DNA from: Octopus vulgaris
Lineage: Eukaryota
Assembly: GCA_951406725.2 (NCBI GenBank)
Contig: OX597823.1
Coordinates: 68,510,001-68,574,000, forward strand
Direction of reading: 5' to 3'
Length of the DNA: 64,000 bases
Shown here: in pieces, positions 26,459-39,932 of the stretch
Numbering within the stretch: the first letter of the stretch is position 1
Layout of the letters: the number at the start of each line of letters is the position of its first letter
Notes under the pieces: generated by a model
The model's input: only the letters and a program-made list of their open reading frames with translations
What the model was told of the DNA's origin: nothing
Databases searched by the model: none
Translations under genes and position numbers: made by a program

Positions 26459-27190
26459 AAAATTAGCACACAACACATACATGCACACAAGGAAAAAATC
26501 ACAAGAAGTACTAGCAAGATGTTGCATAGTGATAGTAAAATCTTAGATATCTCATGCTTCGAAATCAAATATGTGTATGCATATATATATATATATATAT
26601 ATATATTTATGTGTGCACACAAGTAGCTGAGTTTTTCATATGAAATTCACAAACAGGCAGACTGAGAGAAAGATGGCTGGCTAGAATTAGATATAACTGT
26701 AGATATTACAATTATGAATTGTAGCCCAGGAACATGTTTCTGCTAGTAAAATGTGTCCTGCAGCAATTATTTCAATACCATAATTCAATTCATATCTTGG
26801 CTGATTGCATAACTAAGTGAACTTATTCCCCTCAGTGCCTAAAGATATTTCCTCACAAACATCTACATACAATGTGTGCATTGCACATATGCATTATATA
26901 ATTTTGGGATAAAAGAATATCCAGAAGCTAAGATGATTACTTTTTTGTCATTTCTAAATTGCCGAAAGTCTCTAACTATATAACCACATAAATTTCCTGA
27001 AACAGTATTATAGAAAGTGGAATTTATTGAATATTTTGAAATCTATAACTATTTTGTAATAATCTTCTAAATGTTTTGTTGTATTAAAAAAAATATAAAA
27101 TTTGTAAAATGTATTTATACATAAGTTTGCTTTCATCTGTTGAGTTAATAAAAAATAATGTTGTAAACTTGAAAGGGTTGCTTTACTTAC

Positions 27191-27279
27191 CAGGATGAAA
27201 GAATCCCCAAGGCTTCAATGGAAGTGTTACTGGCATCGTTAAAGCCAGACCGCCTTATTTTAACACATGTCATGAGCTC
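27191..27279 (-). CDS. Candidate 89-bp exon of an unidentified host gene
   Basis: Pyrimidine-rich TTTTATTTATAG acceptor and CTG|GTAAGT donor; GC-richer unique sequence. One fully open frame: ELMTCVKIRRSGFNDASNTSIEALGILSS. Confidence 0.6.
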
Positions 27280-28029
27280 CTATAAATAAAATACAAAATG
27301 AAGAAAAATTTTATTTTTAATGATAACAAGTAGTTTAATGTAAACAAAAAATTTCATTTTAACTATAAAATAACATTATTTCAATACAATGCCATAAATT
27401 TGTAGGAGTAATTTACATAGTTCTTTGACTTGACTCCAGTGTGTAAATGATAGTTATTGTATCAATCTCAATAAGATTGAAGCAGCATTGATGCCAACAG
27501 GGTTTAAACTATGTAAAAAGACAAAAATCATTACTTCTGAAGAATGTAGTAAACAGTGTACTGTATGCAACATTCCTAAATAATACTAAGTATAATGTAC
27601 CATGAAGTTTACAGTACGTAAATAATTATATATTGTCTTGGTGTCATTAGCTATAACTCTGTTGCTGACAATCACACTTTTACCATTTCACAGCTCCCAA
27701 CATTTATACCTGGACGTTGGCCAGTTTGTTGATTAATGAAAATTTCTTTCATCTTTCAAACTTGCACTCAAAATGTTAGACTCCTACTACTTTACTTTGC
27801 TGTTGTGTTCAGAATCAAATACTGCAATATATTTATTGATTTAAGAGAGATCTAACTGCTATGTTTAGCAGGTCAAGTAACAATATGGCTACTCCTTTTC
27901 TTGAAAATATAATGTAAGAAAATGATGTCTACCAAATACTTTTGAAAACTTTATCTATATTGGAACAAATCTTCCAAACATTTTGTTGCATTAAAAAACA
28001 TTTTAATTTTTTGGCTCCTATTAAGAATA

Positions 28030-28110
28030 CCATACAGTATATACAGTATATAAGAAGAATTTATACAGTATATAGGAAGTATATACAGTATATAGGAAGA
28101 ATACATACAC
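28030..28110. repeat. Short minisatellite
   Basis: ATACAGTATATA(GGAAG) occurs four times. Confidence 0.8.
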
Positions 28111-28714
28111 TAAAATGACTGCAAAAGTCACAAACCACTCCGTTTCTAAATATTGTGCATGAAAAGTATATGTATTGATGAGCAACAACAACTGCACTCA
28201 GAGTAAGTCCACTTTGACTGCCTTGTAGTCACTCACAGCACTTGCTGTCATGGAAGAGCAGAGTGGAAAATTAGAGGCATAATAAATGTAACATACCCAC
28301 ACTGCTGCATAATTTATCATGTGATAAAGCTGTGAATACTTTAGTGTACTGTGTGGTTCTGAACCAGACAGAAGACTGGAATATCCAAAGTACTGAATGT
28401 GTTGGTTGTAACTAGACATTCAACCAATTACCAGTAGTTCTGCTCAGTCAGAGCTGATCTGAGGATACACAAACAATAACTGAAACATGATCAGCCAGGA
28501 ATATGCAACAACTAATCCAACACTGGTTTGCCATTTATAATCTAGAGGATTTTCCATTCATTATGCACAACATAAAATGAAACAGTGTTAAATATTTATA
28601 ATCTTATACATTTTATTCACACTTTAATTTATTGACCAAAATTACAAAATTACAGTAGTTCAAAGTTTTCTTCTTTTAAATTGGATTGATTTGAAAAAAG
28701 TTTCTGTGGTAATA

Positions 28715-28935
28715 CCATTTGCAGATCCTCTGAGACAGGTAAGGTCAATATGGGTAAGACTCCTTTTACATGATTGCAAGTTGCTGGCCTCAAGAAAAAC
28801 ATGTTCAGAACAGAATTCCAGAGTGTCAACATTCTGGGGAGGAAGAACTGGGTATAGCATTTCATGTGAAATGAAGAGATATTGGCACAATATGGGTGAT
28901 GACAGTTGAGGGTGACTGAGTGGAGGTGGCACAAT
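28715..28935 (-). mobile_element. CR1/L2-group LINE ORF2 C-terminal relic
   Basis: HPYC...YTQFFLPRMLTLWNSV..VF resembles the SFFPRT..LWNSLP..VFP terminus. Confidence 0.55.
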
Positions 28936-29297
28936 GCCAGTCTGCTGGGGAGCAGAGACTAATATAATAGTGGTAGAAAAAGCAGAGACAAAAGAGCAAT
29001 GTGGGGTTGTAGTAATTATATAAAATGCTATAAGAAATAATAAAATGTGGGGTGATTTTAAAGCCATATTATGTCCAGTAATTCTCTCAAGAAACATCAG
29101 ATATTTTCAGCTTAAAGTTAGAAAGAGAAAGAAAAACGCATAATCATCTCAAATTTGCAATTCAAATAGAGTTTAATTAATCTATATTTTCAATAAGAAC
29201 ACATTATGATAAGCCAATAATAGGTTATAGTTCAAGAAAATTTTCAATAAAAGGCAGTGCTGAAAGATATATTAAGAATAATTTTAAATAATATGGA

Positions 29298-29460
29298 TGC
29301 AAGCATGGCCAAGTGATCAAGAAGTTTGCTTTGCAATTCTAATATCTTGAGTTCAATCCCAGAGTGGCATCATGGGCAAATATATTTAACTATGGTTTCA
29401 GGTAGAGCCAAACACATGACTGAAAATGGGTTGACACAGTTTATGTGGAGGAAGCTCATA
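29298..29460 (+). mobile_element. SINE family S2, decayed
   Basis: CATGGCCAAGTGATCAAGAAGTTTGCTT...GAGTTCAATCCC...GGCATCATGGGCAAAT. Confidence 0.65.
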
Positions 29461-31199
29461 AAATGAAATATAGCCATAATTCAAGGAGCTTGACTTGTCA
29501 TACAGAATGTCATGCTGATTCTTTTCTGCCTGAGAATTATGTTAAAGAAACACGTGTCTTTGAGATGCTCGCTCACATGATAATTCAACGAATATGGAGT
29601 AAAGTTGATTGAAATCTAGGAACAGTCACGAGTGAAAGCATAGAGATCCAATTACTCTGTATGCTTATTAAGAATAATGATATTTCGAGTAAATTCACAT
29701 ATTACCTACATATCTCATCAACATATATCAATAACAGCTGCTTTTCATTCATATCAGCTTATACATTTATAAGTTAATCCAGTATTATTAATAAGTATAA
29801 CTAATTGTCTCACAAACTCTATACTCTAGTGTTCGTTTTCAATAAACATATAGTTTTAATAAATATATATATTTAATAAATAATATAGTGAAAAAATGCT
29901 GATTCAAACTTTGCCAGATTTGAAAAATAAACTGAATAATTCATAAACAACATATTGATATTGGCCTACTGTTAAGTTATCAACTCATTTTAGTTGATTG
30001 AAGAAGAGAATGATGATAATGCTAAACCAACAATAGTTAAACTAACAATAATGATGATGATGATAACAATGATGGCAGCTACTACAACAATGATGATGAT
30101 GTATATGCTGCTGCTGATATCTGCTAACATTGATCTCTCATTCAATAAAAATGAACCAATAGAATATAGATATAAAACAAAAGAAATAACAGTGAATATA
30201 TTTCCATTAATGTGCAATATAAACTATTAATGTTTAATCAAATATCTGCCGTCAATGCAAACAAAGATTATATGTCAACAGATATATTTTCACTATATTA
30301 ACTATAACCAATGTCTAATGTTAGTCGGCCTATATCTACTATCTGAAGTTACATTGATATAGTAAATAATTATAAATTACATTACTGAGTCAATAAGGAA
30401 ATATTACATTAACAGGAGACAACTCTTGGCCCCAGAATTGTTAAATACAATGATGTGAATCAGAAGTCAAACACGGATACTGTTTTGTTGTTTAATCATT
30501 TGCTATAAAAGTGAAACCTAGTTGTCTAATATGTTTTGTTGAGCAGGTATGTTATATAGATACATATTCATATATAATAATATATACATATTATTATATA
30601 TAAATTATACATTATTATATATCATTATTTTAATGCCTAATTTTCCATTTTTGCATTGGGCAGACCAAAGTACATTGGAGTAGTGTTTTATGACCAGCAA
30701 CCCTTCCTGTCACTAATACCTCTTATTTCCAAGTGGAGTAATATGCTAACAATAGGAAGTGGAGTAATAATCTAAAAATAATAAATTTATCAATCAACAA
30801 ACAGCCTGGATATGTTTTATGAAGAGAACAAACAACACTGGTTGAAAGAACTTTTTGTTTACAGATATCATGCAAAATGTCAAGAAACACAGACTTGGTT
30901 TCATGGTGCACTCGAAGCAAATGACACTGTCAGGAGGCCATTGTTTACTAAGTGTTGAACACAAGGGAAATATGAACTTATACAAACACACATACATATG
31001 TGTGTATGCACATACCTGCATCTATATGACAGTATTCTTTCAGTTTCTGTTTACCAAATCTACTCACAAGACTTTGGTCAGCTGTGGAATTGAAATCAAA
31101 ATGATATGGTTGATACACATACATACATACATACATACATACATACATACATACATACATACATACACACACACAGATACACACACACACATACATACA

Positions 31200-31312
31200 T
31201 ATAAAATACCCTGTTGTTGATGTTGAAATTCCAATGAAGGAACCTTGGATCTAGGTTAGATAGTGACTCTTTCTCTCTTAGCAAGAAATCATGAAATAAA
31301 ACTGAACAATGA
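31200..31312 (+). mobile_element. Family D1 3' terminus stub within (CATA)n
   Basis: TTGTTGATGTTGAAAT...GAAGGA.CCT.GGATC.AGGTTAGA...CAAGAAATC.TGAAATAAAACTGA matches 21455-21546. (CATA)n on both sides. Confidence 0.85.
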
Positions 31313-31409
31313 CATACATACAACTATATATGCATGGATAGATGTATGCATGTATGCATCCATCCATCCATACATACATACATACATATATACATACATA
31401 CATGCATAC

Positions 31410-32830
31410 ACACTGTGTTGGACTTTGGTCAGGATAAATGTGTTATATGGTTGTGAAAAGGAGTAAAACTGTAAACCAGACTAGCAACATCTCCATCAAT
31501 GACTTGACTATTTCCCAATATCTGATGAGGAATGTTATAGGTATCAAGAGGTGTATGAAAACCTATCTTACAATGACACCTGTAACAAAACACATGTCAC
31601 TAAAGAATATTACAGCCAAATGAAGAAAATACGGAACTCAGAACTCAGTACATTCAATAAAACAGGGGCCCACAATGTGTTGCAGTGCCAGTACCCATAC
31701 CAACATCTGAGCCGCTTGATTGGATGCTTGATGAGATCTGAGCCTTTGATGTGAAAACCCAAATAATACTAACAAGCACATGTAATTTCTACATAAACAG
31801 TGATGTAAACTGCCTCTACCTAAAATGGAAATAAGGCAGTAGAGGCTTAAAATCAATACAAAATGCCTTTGAATGTCATATTATATCCCTTTGGCAACAT
31901 CTTTTAACCACCAAGTGTCAAAGTGCATCTCTTGACCAAGTTTGCATACATGAGGCTGATAACATTATAAGACTTAGAAGGCAGCTCCTTGAGCAACATT
32001 CCTTATCTGACAACCTTAAATACATGCCCAAAGAAGTTGCACGACTCTACCAGAACATATCATCAGATGAAAGGATGAGCATATATGAGCAGAAGGCTAT
32101 GCATGGATATGTTATTAGAAAGCTCCAAGATGACAGTAACATCAATCATTAAAGCAGTTTATCATGGATGAATAGCCAGATTACAACATCCCACTTTGAA
32201 GAGTATGTGTTTTCAATCCATGAACAGCAATTATCAACCAAGTACCTGATGTACAAAAGGGACAGAGATGCAGGAAAAGCAGTAAAATGTGACAACCAAT
32301 GCAAGCTCTGTAGTGTTAAAACAGAAGATATCACCCACATCAGAAGCAGTTCTCCAAAAATGTCATCGCATTATTATCTACCAATGCCTCTTATCTACTG
32401 ATGAAACATGATTTTGTATCTAGGACACTCTATAATGAAATCCATCAGAAAGATAACTCCTGAGAACAAAGAAATAAGAACTCACAGTATGGTAGAAGCT
32501 ATATCCACTCATAATAAAAAGGAGTACTGGTGGAATGTCCCAGTGAAGACCTCAATAAAATGTAAGCACAACAGGCCTGATATAATGATTTGGGATAGAG
32601 AAGAGAAACTGTGCACAGTTGTGGAAATTAGCTGCCTAGCGGATGTTAACATAACACTTTTAACTTCATACTTACTGCTACCGGAGCAACAAAATGCACA
32701 CCAAACTGTCTGGAACAAAGTATAGCTGAGCTTGGGTGCATGGGGAGAGAAGACAAATCCTTAATCCATAGAGTATAAATGATCATGGTACCTGGGACTA
32801 TGAAAATCTGCAAGACCTTCTGAAGATCTA
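31410..32830 (+). mobile_element. R4/Dong-like RLE LINE family D1, 5'-truncated
   Basis: Homologous to 20590-21380. Zinc-knuckle CKLC...THI and RLE motif HNRPDIMIWDREEKLCTVVEISC. Confidence 0.85.
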
Positions 32831-32996
32831 AAGGATGATGAATAAAACAAGATGCTTTCCTTCACAATCTTGCTACCAAATAGGTGTCCAGTCAAAATTT
32901 ATTCTGAATTAAAAAGAGAAATAGAACACACACACACACATATACATCATCCGATCACCATTACTATTCTGTCCGTTTCTTACACGACAAATCTTG

Positions 32997-33340
32997 ATCA
33001 TCATCATCATTGTTCGACCGTGGTCGAGACAATGGAATTTACTATGTTACGCCAGACTTCACGGTCCATCATAGCATTACGGAGGTCCTGTTGCTGGATG
33101 CCTGTATCCCTGGAGATTACATCAGGGTAGGAGAGTGTGCGCCCTCTGGTATTGCGAGTAGATGGCTTCCAGAGGAGAAGAGTAGAAATTACTTCTTTTT
33201 CAGCTCTACAACAATGTCCAGCGAACTGGACTCTCCTACCTTTCACAATCTTGATACTAATCCCCTCTGCTGACCTGTGCGCACATTCCCTCCCACTTTC
33301 TCCACAATCACTCAATCAGAGAACTAAATCCGTCTCTGTC
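32997..33340 (-). mobile_element. RTE family B 3' fragment
   Basis: RRVQFAGHCCRAEKEVISTLLLWKP...RGR...DREVWR, the RTE C-terminal pattern; (TGA)n tail. Confidence 0.9.
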
Positions 33341-33454
33341 ATCATCCGTTACTCTCTCTTTTTCCGTTGTCCAAAGTTATTCTCTGATTCTCAATTCAGT
33401 TGTGAGGGAACTTTAGGCCTTTTAGACTTGCAAGTTGTAAGGCAACCTTTCCAG

Positions 33455-33628
33455 TAGTAGTGATGCTACAAAAATCTATGCAATACACTCTGTAAAATGG
33501 CTAGTATTAGAAAGGTTATTCAGCTGTAGAAATCATGCCCAAAACTGAAACACAGGTGCATGACATGGTCTTCCAATGCATCGAATTCTGCCAAATGATT
33601 CAACTCATGCCACTCATCATCATCATCA
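33455..33628 (+). mobile_element. Old RTE family A-related 3' end
   Basis: ATACACTCTGTAAAATGG...TTAGAAAGG..ATTCAGCTGTAGAA...CAACTCATGC. Joined tail-to-tail with the next copy. Confidence 0.6.
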
Positions 33629-35245
33629 TGATTTAACATCCATCTTCTATGCATCATGGGTAGGATGGTTGATAGGAGCTGGCCAGGTAGGAAAACTATC
33701 CTAGGCTACAGTGTCTGTTTTGGTAGAGTTTTTATAGCTGGATGCCCTTTCTAACACCAATAGCTCCTCAGAGTCCACTCAGTGCTTTTTTTTTGTGGCA
33801 CTAGCACAGGTGAGGTTGGTTTTGGCATCATTTTTTACGGCTGGATGCCCTTCCAAATGCCAACCACGTTACAATATGGACTGGATGCTTTTTAACATGG
33901 CACCAACACTGGTAGGGCAACCAAGTCTTCACAAGACAAGGAATTATGAGAGGGGCAGGGCATTTGATGAGGGGAGCTTGTGTCAGATGATGAAAGGTTA
34001 GAGTGTGATAAAGAGACAGAGAGACAGAAGCAGGTATCTGGCCACAACAGAGGGGCTATTAGAGAGAAATAAAGCAGCAGAAATAGGTGTCTTGCTATAG
34101 AGAAGGTACATGGTTACCCAGTGAGAGAGAGAGGGGTGAGAGAGAGGGAGAGAAAAGAGAGAGAGGGAGAGAAGAAATAGGGGAAAGAAGAAAGAGAGAG
34201 AGAGAGGGATAAACAGGTACTAGAAAGAGGCCAAAAACAAGTGTGTAAAAGATATACTTGGTTACCTAGTCAGAGGGAAAACAAAAGGAGTGAGAGAGAG
34301 AGAGAGAGTGACCAGGAGAAAGAGAGTAGGAAATAGCAAAAGTATAAGAGAGAGCAGAAGAGAGATGGTGTAGTGATATGGGTATACTCACAAGTAACAA
34401 GGATCTGGGTAGAAAAATAGGGTATGGGTTGGGCGTGGGGGAGCAGCAATACAGTGAGCAGGGCAGTGAGGGCAAGAAAGAGGATTGGAAAACAATCATA
34501 ATTTATGAAGTGGAAATGTGAGGAAGAGAAGATGCAGTTGTAGTCTAGTTTCTTAGGGTAGAGTGGGTGAAAAGTGTGTTGTTAAATGTGGGTGGGACAC
34601 AACTTTTCTAGCACTCAGTTTTGTAGATGGGTCTTCTCTAGAACCTCATATTGCCAAACGTCTCAGTCCACTGTCATTTCCTCTGTGAGGCCCAACATCC
34701 TAAAATTGGTCCTCACCACTTCATCCCATGTCTTCCTGGGTCTCCCTCTTCCAGTTACCATCCACTTTCAGTAACAGGGACTTCTGTGTACAACTGTCTT
34801 CATTCATAAGCATCACATGTTCAAATCAACACATTCTCTTTTCCTGTGTACCACATTTAATAACTCTTATGTGTAACTTTTCTCTGAACACAGTTGTGCA
34901 TTGTTGGTCATGCACACTGATGTTAAAAATCCAATGAAGCATACTACCTTCATTCCTCTCCAGCCTACGCATGTCCTCTGTAGTCAGAGGCCAGGTCTCA
35001 CTACCATGTAACATAGCCATTCTTACAAACATCATACAATCTACCTTTCACTCTGAGAGAGTCCCTTTGCTGCCAACAGAGGTAGTAGTTCTCTGAACCT
35101 CCTCCATCCTATTCTTATTCTAGAAACAATACTTTCGGAGCATCCACCACCATTACTAATTTGTTCACCTAAATAGCAGTAACTATCTACTTCCTCAAGA
35201 CAGCCTCCTGGGCATTTGAGAGAGTTTAAGTCCCACATGCTCTTA
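33615..35245 (-). mobile_element. Old RTE family A-related copy (RT C-terminus, GA-rich 3' UTR, tail)
   Basis: [36 protein letters not shown] and AMLHGSETW.LT.EDMRRLERNE align with the 48263 ORF. 3' UTR parallels 63420-64000. Confidence 0.85.
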
Positions 35246-37614
35246 GTACTTACTGTTCCTACTTGATGCTCAGTATTATGTGAGTAAAATAGTATATATA
35301 CAAATTAATATTGGTTATTTAAAGTTTCACAGGAAAAGCCAATCAAGAAATATAAGCTGTTTATTATTTACTCAAGGAAATATGTATTAATGAGAGAAAT
35401 AGCATCAGAATTTATGTTATACCCATGCTACTTAAAAGGTAGTCAATTTATTGATCTGAACACATTTTAATTATTGTTTTCCTCTTGGTATTATTTACAT
35501 GCAATAGTTGATAAATTAAGGTCAATTTACATTCACATTTTGGAAATTTGTGTGTACCTGAGAGATTCAAACCAGAAGCTAGTAGACAAGTTTTAGAATA
35601 GGATATTTACCTACAGACTAGCTTTATACAATAGCCCTTCATCAATACCCTACTGCCATTCATTTAGAAATATTCAAACATTACATGAACACAAGTCAAT
35701 TAATTAAGCTGCTAAATTGATAAAACTGCTGGCCATGAGTCTAAACCTGACCACAACAATTGTTTGGGGTTCTTGGAAAAGACAACTTAATTTACACCGA
35801 AAATAAATGAAATTTTAAGAGATAATAAAAATGGACTGTAACAAATATAGCTGACCACAAACCAGTTGCTAAGAAATATATTAAAATTTGCAGACATGGT
35901 TTATAATTGCACTCGATAGTTACTAATCAAAGCAAACTAATAATGTTACTGGAATTCAATTTAGTTTCCTGTATTATTTCAACAAAGAATTAAGGAAATT
36001 TCATAACATCAAAGAAATCAAGAAATACATGACTGAACATTTTTTGCTTTTGCATTCTACTGTAGCATTGTTTCCAGCATTTCTAGTGTTATGAGGCATT
36101 ATTGATATAAGCATTCACTACTATCATTTCAACAGCTATAAATGTAAACATTTACTACGTAACATGATATGTCCTCTATAATCGAAAAGACTACTGAGCG
36201 AATAGCTTCTGCTGTGATATGTGGCCTAACTGTGATAGCATTGTCCTTCCAGGTGAACTTAATATAAAAATAAAAGAAAAAAAAGGCAAATAAAGGCCAA
36301 GTTGATGAAAAAGCAGAAGTAAAGTATAATGATAAATATTATGTTGATGCTACTTTAAACGTGTTTACACTGTAGGCTGAAATTTCGAGAAGTGAGTATT
36401 ATCTAGTATAGAGAGAGAGTCTATAAATTCAGTGATCATTTAGAAGGCAATCTAATGGAAATAGATAACTGAGATTGAAAATCTTGTGAAGCATAAAGAT
36501 GTAGACAATGTCAAATATAAAGTCATACAGAAAGTTTGAAGCATTTCTAAACTGAAGAAGAGGTTAATGGTTTATCAACTGAACCATTTCTAGTCAGCAA
36601 CATTTAGTTTATAGATAGATCAATGATATATATATATATATATATATATACATACATACATACATACATGCATACATACATACATATATTTAATTTATCA
36701 CATATTCACATATTTATAAAGTACAAAATAATGATCTTAAATGTATTTCAAGTGACATGTAAATAAAACACTTCAAAAATTGCTCTTTCACAAAATACAA
36801 ACATTACATATATTCATATAGACACCACACATACATACATTAAAGTATTATGTCCATATATGTTGATAACCACTAAAATATTTTGTCCTAGAGTTGTGTA
36901 ATAAAGGGGAAGAAAAACAGAGTTCAAGTAAATAAATGATGACTTGCATCCGCAAAACAGTAACTAAAGTACACATGATATGATTATGTTTGTGAACCAA
37001 GATGAGAGGTGAGTTTAGTTGTCAAGGCCTTCTAAGAAAAACAGGGAAATCCTGCCTCAAACACCAGATTTCCCTCTTTTCATAGCACACAAAGTTCTCT
37101 TATGCAGAATTCATAAAACTTCAGATGAAAACCTGTGTATAGGTTCAAAATGTTTTATACAACAAACATAAGTGTTAGTTATCTATGATAATTTTGTATT
37201 AAGTTTGAAAGAGCCCCTTGAATAATATTTATATGTAATGGAGACATCTGCTAACAAGTAAATTCAATGCCCATATTTCTATATTTTCTATATTAAAAAT
37301 GATTACAGATAGATCTAGATATTTACTTACTACTGTTTCCGAATCACAAATAGTTACCACAGAATATCAATCTTTGATCAAATTGACAAAATGTCTCATA
37401 AGAGAGCTTATTTATAAATTTTAAAATAACAGTTAGCATGGTTCTCATCATTAGATTAATTACTTGTACATTCATTTAACAGTAATTGAGCTGAGCTTTA
37501 CTGAGAAAAATAATATTGATGAAGATTTAGAACAGCAATACTTAAATAGCTATTATTTCAGCAAAATTTAAGTGAAAATTAGGGTAATTTTATTATAATA
37601 AGTTATTTATAAAT

Positions 37615-37680
37615 AGTCCAACCCATGCTAGCATGGAGAACGGATGCTAAATGATGATGATGATGATGATGATGATGATG
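37615..37680 (+). mobile_element. RTE family A terminal stub
   Basis: GTCCAACCCATGCTAGCATGGAGAACGGA...(GAT)n. Confidence 0.85.
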
Positions 37681-38337
37681 TATCCTTTAGTCAAATTATG
37701 TTATACATATGTATAATTCAGAGATAAAAAGAAAAAGAAGTTAAATAAAATAAGGCAATTTAAAAATTTTAAACTATATCATAAAACATTATTGACTGTG
37801 AATCTGAATCCTTTGCATGTTTTAGTGAAAGCAATTCATTTATAATTTTCTTGAAGCAAACATTAACATACTTTTCAATAATTGATTAAAATGTTATGTA
37901 TAAACTAACAATTACCGTATATGAATATGAAGTTTCCAATTGATTAACAACTAATACTAACATATCTTAAGATTTCTGACTCATGCTTCAGTCTTAACAC
38001 AAATGGAATAGAGATTTAGACTAAACATAGTTCCAAGAAAAAAAAAAAATAGATGAGATAATTTGTTATACACCGTAGGCAGTAATTTTTTGCTGCAGGA
38101 TCTAATTAAACTGAGAAAAATTATATATTGATGCTTTAAATAGAACTGGAGTGAATTTATCCTCATGGAAAAAACTGCAACAAGCACTTCGGGACATCTC
38201 AGAAGAAAAAAATGAGAAGTCCTTTCAATTGAGAAAGGAAAAACTAATGGAGCCATCTGCTGCACTGATCAAAGGCTCAACCAAAACACAGGCTAAAATT
38301 TTTAGACAAAGCAGCAGTGAACTATAGCAAAATTTGG

Positions 38338-38396
<59 letters not shown>

Positions 38397-38479
38397 TGTT
38401 TAGAAAAATATTAGTTTGGAAAAGAAGCACACTTTAAGAAGTAGAGCAGTCTCTCTCTGTATTTTCAAAAATTAATGCT

Positions 38480-38925
38480 GCAAAGCACTATGTCCATTTG
38501 TACATTCTTATTTATACTCTGCCAAGTTGACTTTGCTTTTCATCATTTTGGGGTTAATAAAATAAATACCAGTCAAGTACTAGGGTTGATGAAATCAACT
38601 AGTCTCCTCCCACAAAATGTCAGGCCTTGTATATACATTAGAAAGAATTGTTATTATTAATAGTAGTACTATCGTTGTTGTTGATGTTGTTGTTAAGATG
38701 ATGAGCTGGCAGAATTGTTAGCATGCTAGACAAAATGCTTAGTGGCATTTCTTCTGACTTTAAATTCTGAGTTCAAATCCTACGAATGTCAACTTTGTCA
38801 TTTGTCCTTTTGGTGTTGATGAAATAAGCACCAGCAGAATACTGGGTCAATGTAGTCAACTGGCTTCCTCCCTCAAAATTCCAGACCTTATGCCTATAAA
38901 AGAAATAACAATAATAATAATAATA
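38480..38925 (+). mobile_element. Two tandem SINE S1 copies
   Basis: S1 cores at about 38525 and 38785, each ending in an ATT/AAT tail. Confidence 0.85.
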
Positions 38926-38944
38926 TCATTATTATTTTCATTAT

Positions 38945-39270
38945 CATCTTCTTTCAATTTCTTGCCAAGTGTCTTCCTGACACCTAGGGCAGAGAAACAC
39001 ACTGTATACATTGGTACATTAAAATAAACATACCAGATTGTTTATTTACAAAGTCATGGGAAAGAGAAAAAGGGGAAGAAAAGCTGAGAGTAAAAGGAAA
39101 AAATAAAAAAGTAAACAAAGAAAATAAAGGGTGAAAAGGAAAGGAAATTCACATTGACAATGCTCTTCTCAGTACATGTGACATACCAGTTAAGACAATC
39201 TTTTGCACTTCCTGCATGGATGGTAAGCCAGGAATCATTCTTAAATAATTTTCAGTTCCTTTTTTGATTA
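38945..39270 (-). mobile_element. R4/Dong-like RLE LINE 3' end (family D2)
   Basis: IKKGTENYLRMIPGLPSMQEVQKIVLTGMSHVLRRALSM*, the QK..L.G...LR C-terminal pattern. Lies between ATT repeats. Confidence 0.75.
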
Positions 39271-39271
39271 C

Positions 39272-39320
<49 letters not shown>

Positions 39321-39932
39321 TATTGCTTTTGCACAGCTTCTAACGCTGGAGATGTACTACGGTGTCAGTTGTTCACTACCAGTGAACAAAAGTAATGCCC
39401 CTTATTTTTCAAGCACCATCTAGAGTATTCGAACGGTTCCAAGCAAAGCTGTTTTCTGCAAGTGCTCTACTCTTATTGCAGCCCCTTTTTGTTCTATGTA
39501 CTTCTCAAGACTTTTACTCACTAACCCCAGGGCTCTGACAGTTATTGGCACTACTACCATTTTTTTCATTGACCACAACTGCTTAATCTCCCATGCTAAC
39601 CTGTCATATCTATTGACATTTCTTTCTTCGTTATAGCATGCCTTATTGTCAGCTGGGCATACTATATCTATGATCCAGCATCGTTTGCTTTCTTTCTCAA
39701 TTAACACTATGTCTGGCCTCCTATTCTCTATCTCCTGGTCGCACTGAATCATAAAATCCATAGGATCTTTGCATTAACATTTTCAATGATGCCTTCAGGT
39801 TTATGTTTGTACAACATTTTTGCTCTGTCAAATCTATACTTGTAGCAAAGTGTCCAATGAACAATCCTTGCTATATTGTCATGACATCTCTTATGTAATG
39901 AACAACCCTAGCTATATATTGTCACGACGTCT
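39321..39932 (-). mobile_element. R4/Dong-like RLE LINE 3' part (family D3)
   Basis: HDNIARIVHW.LC.KY, RRPDIVLIEKESKRCWIIDIVCP, VVPI...ALG, LQKTALLGT.RIL. (ATT)n on both sides. Confidence 0.9.

Noticed and set aside
37090-37160. CAGATGA-AAACC..GGTT-CAAAA hammerhead-like string
   Set aside because: Both core boxes are mutated and there is no room for stem III.
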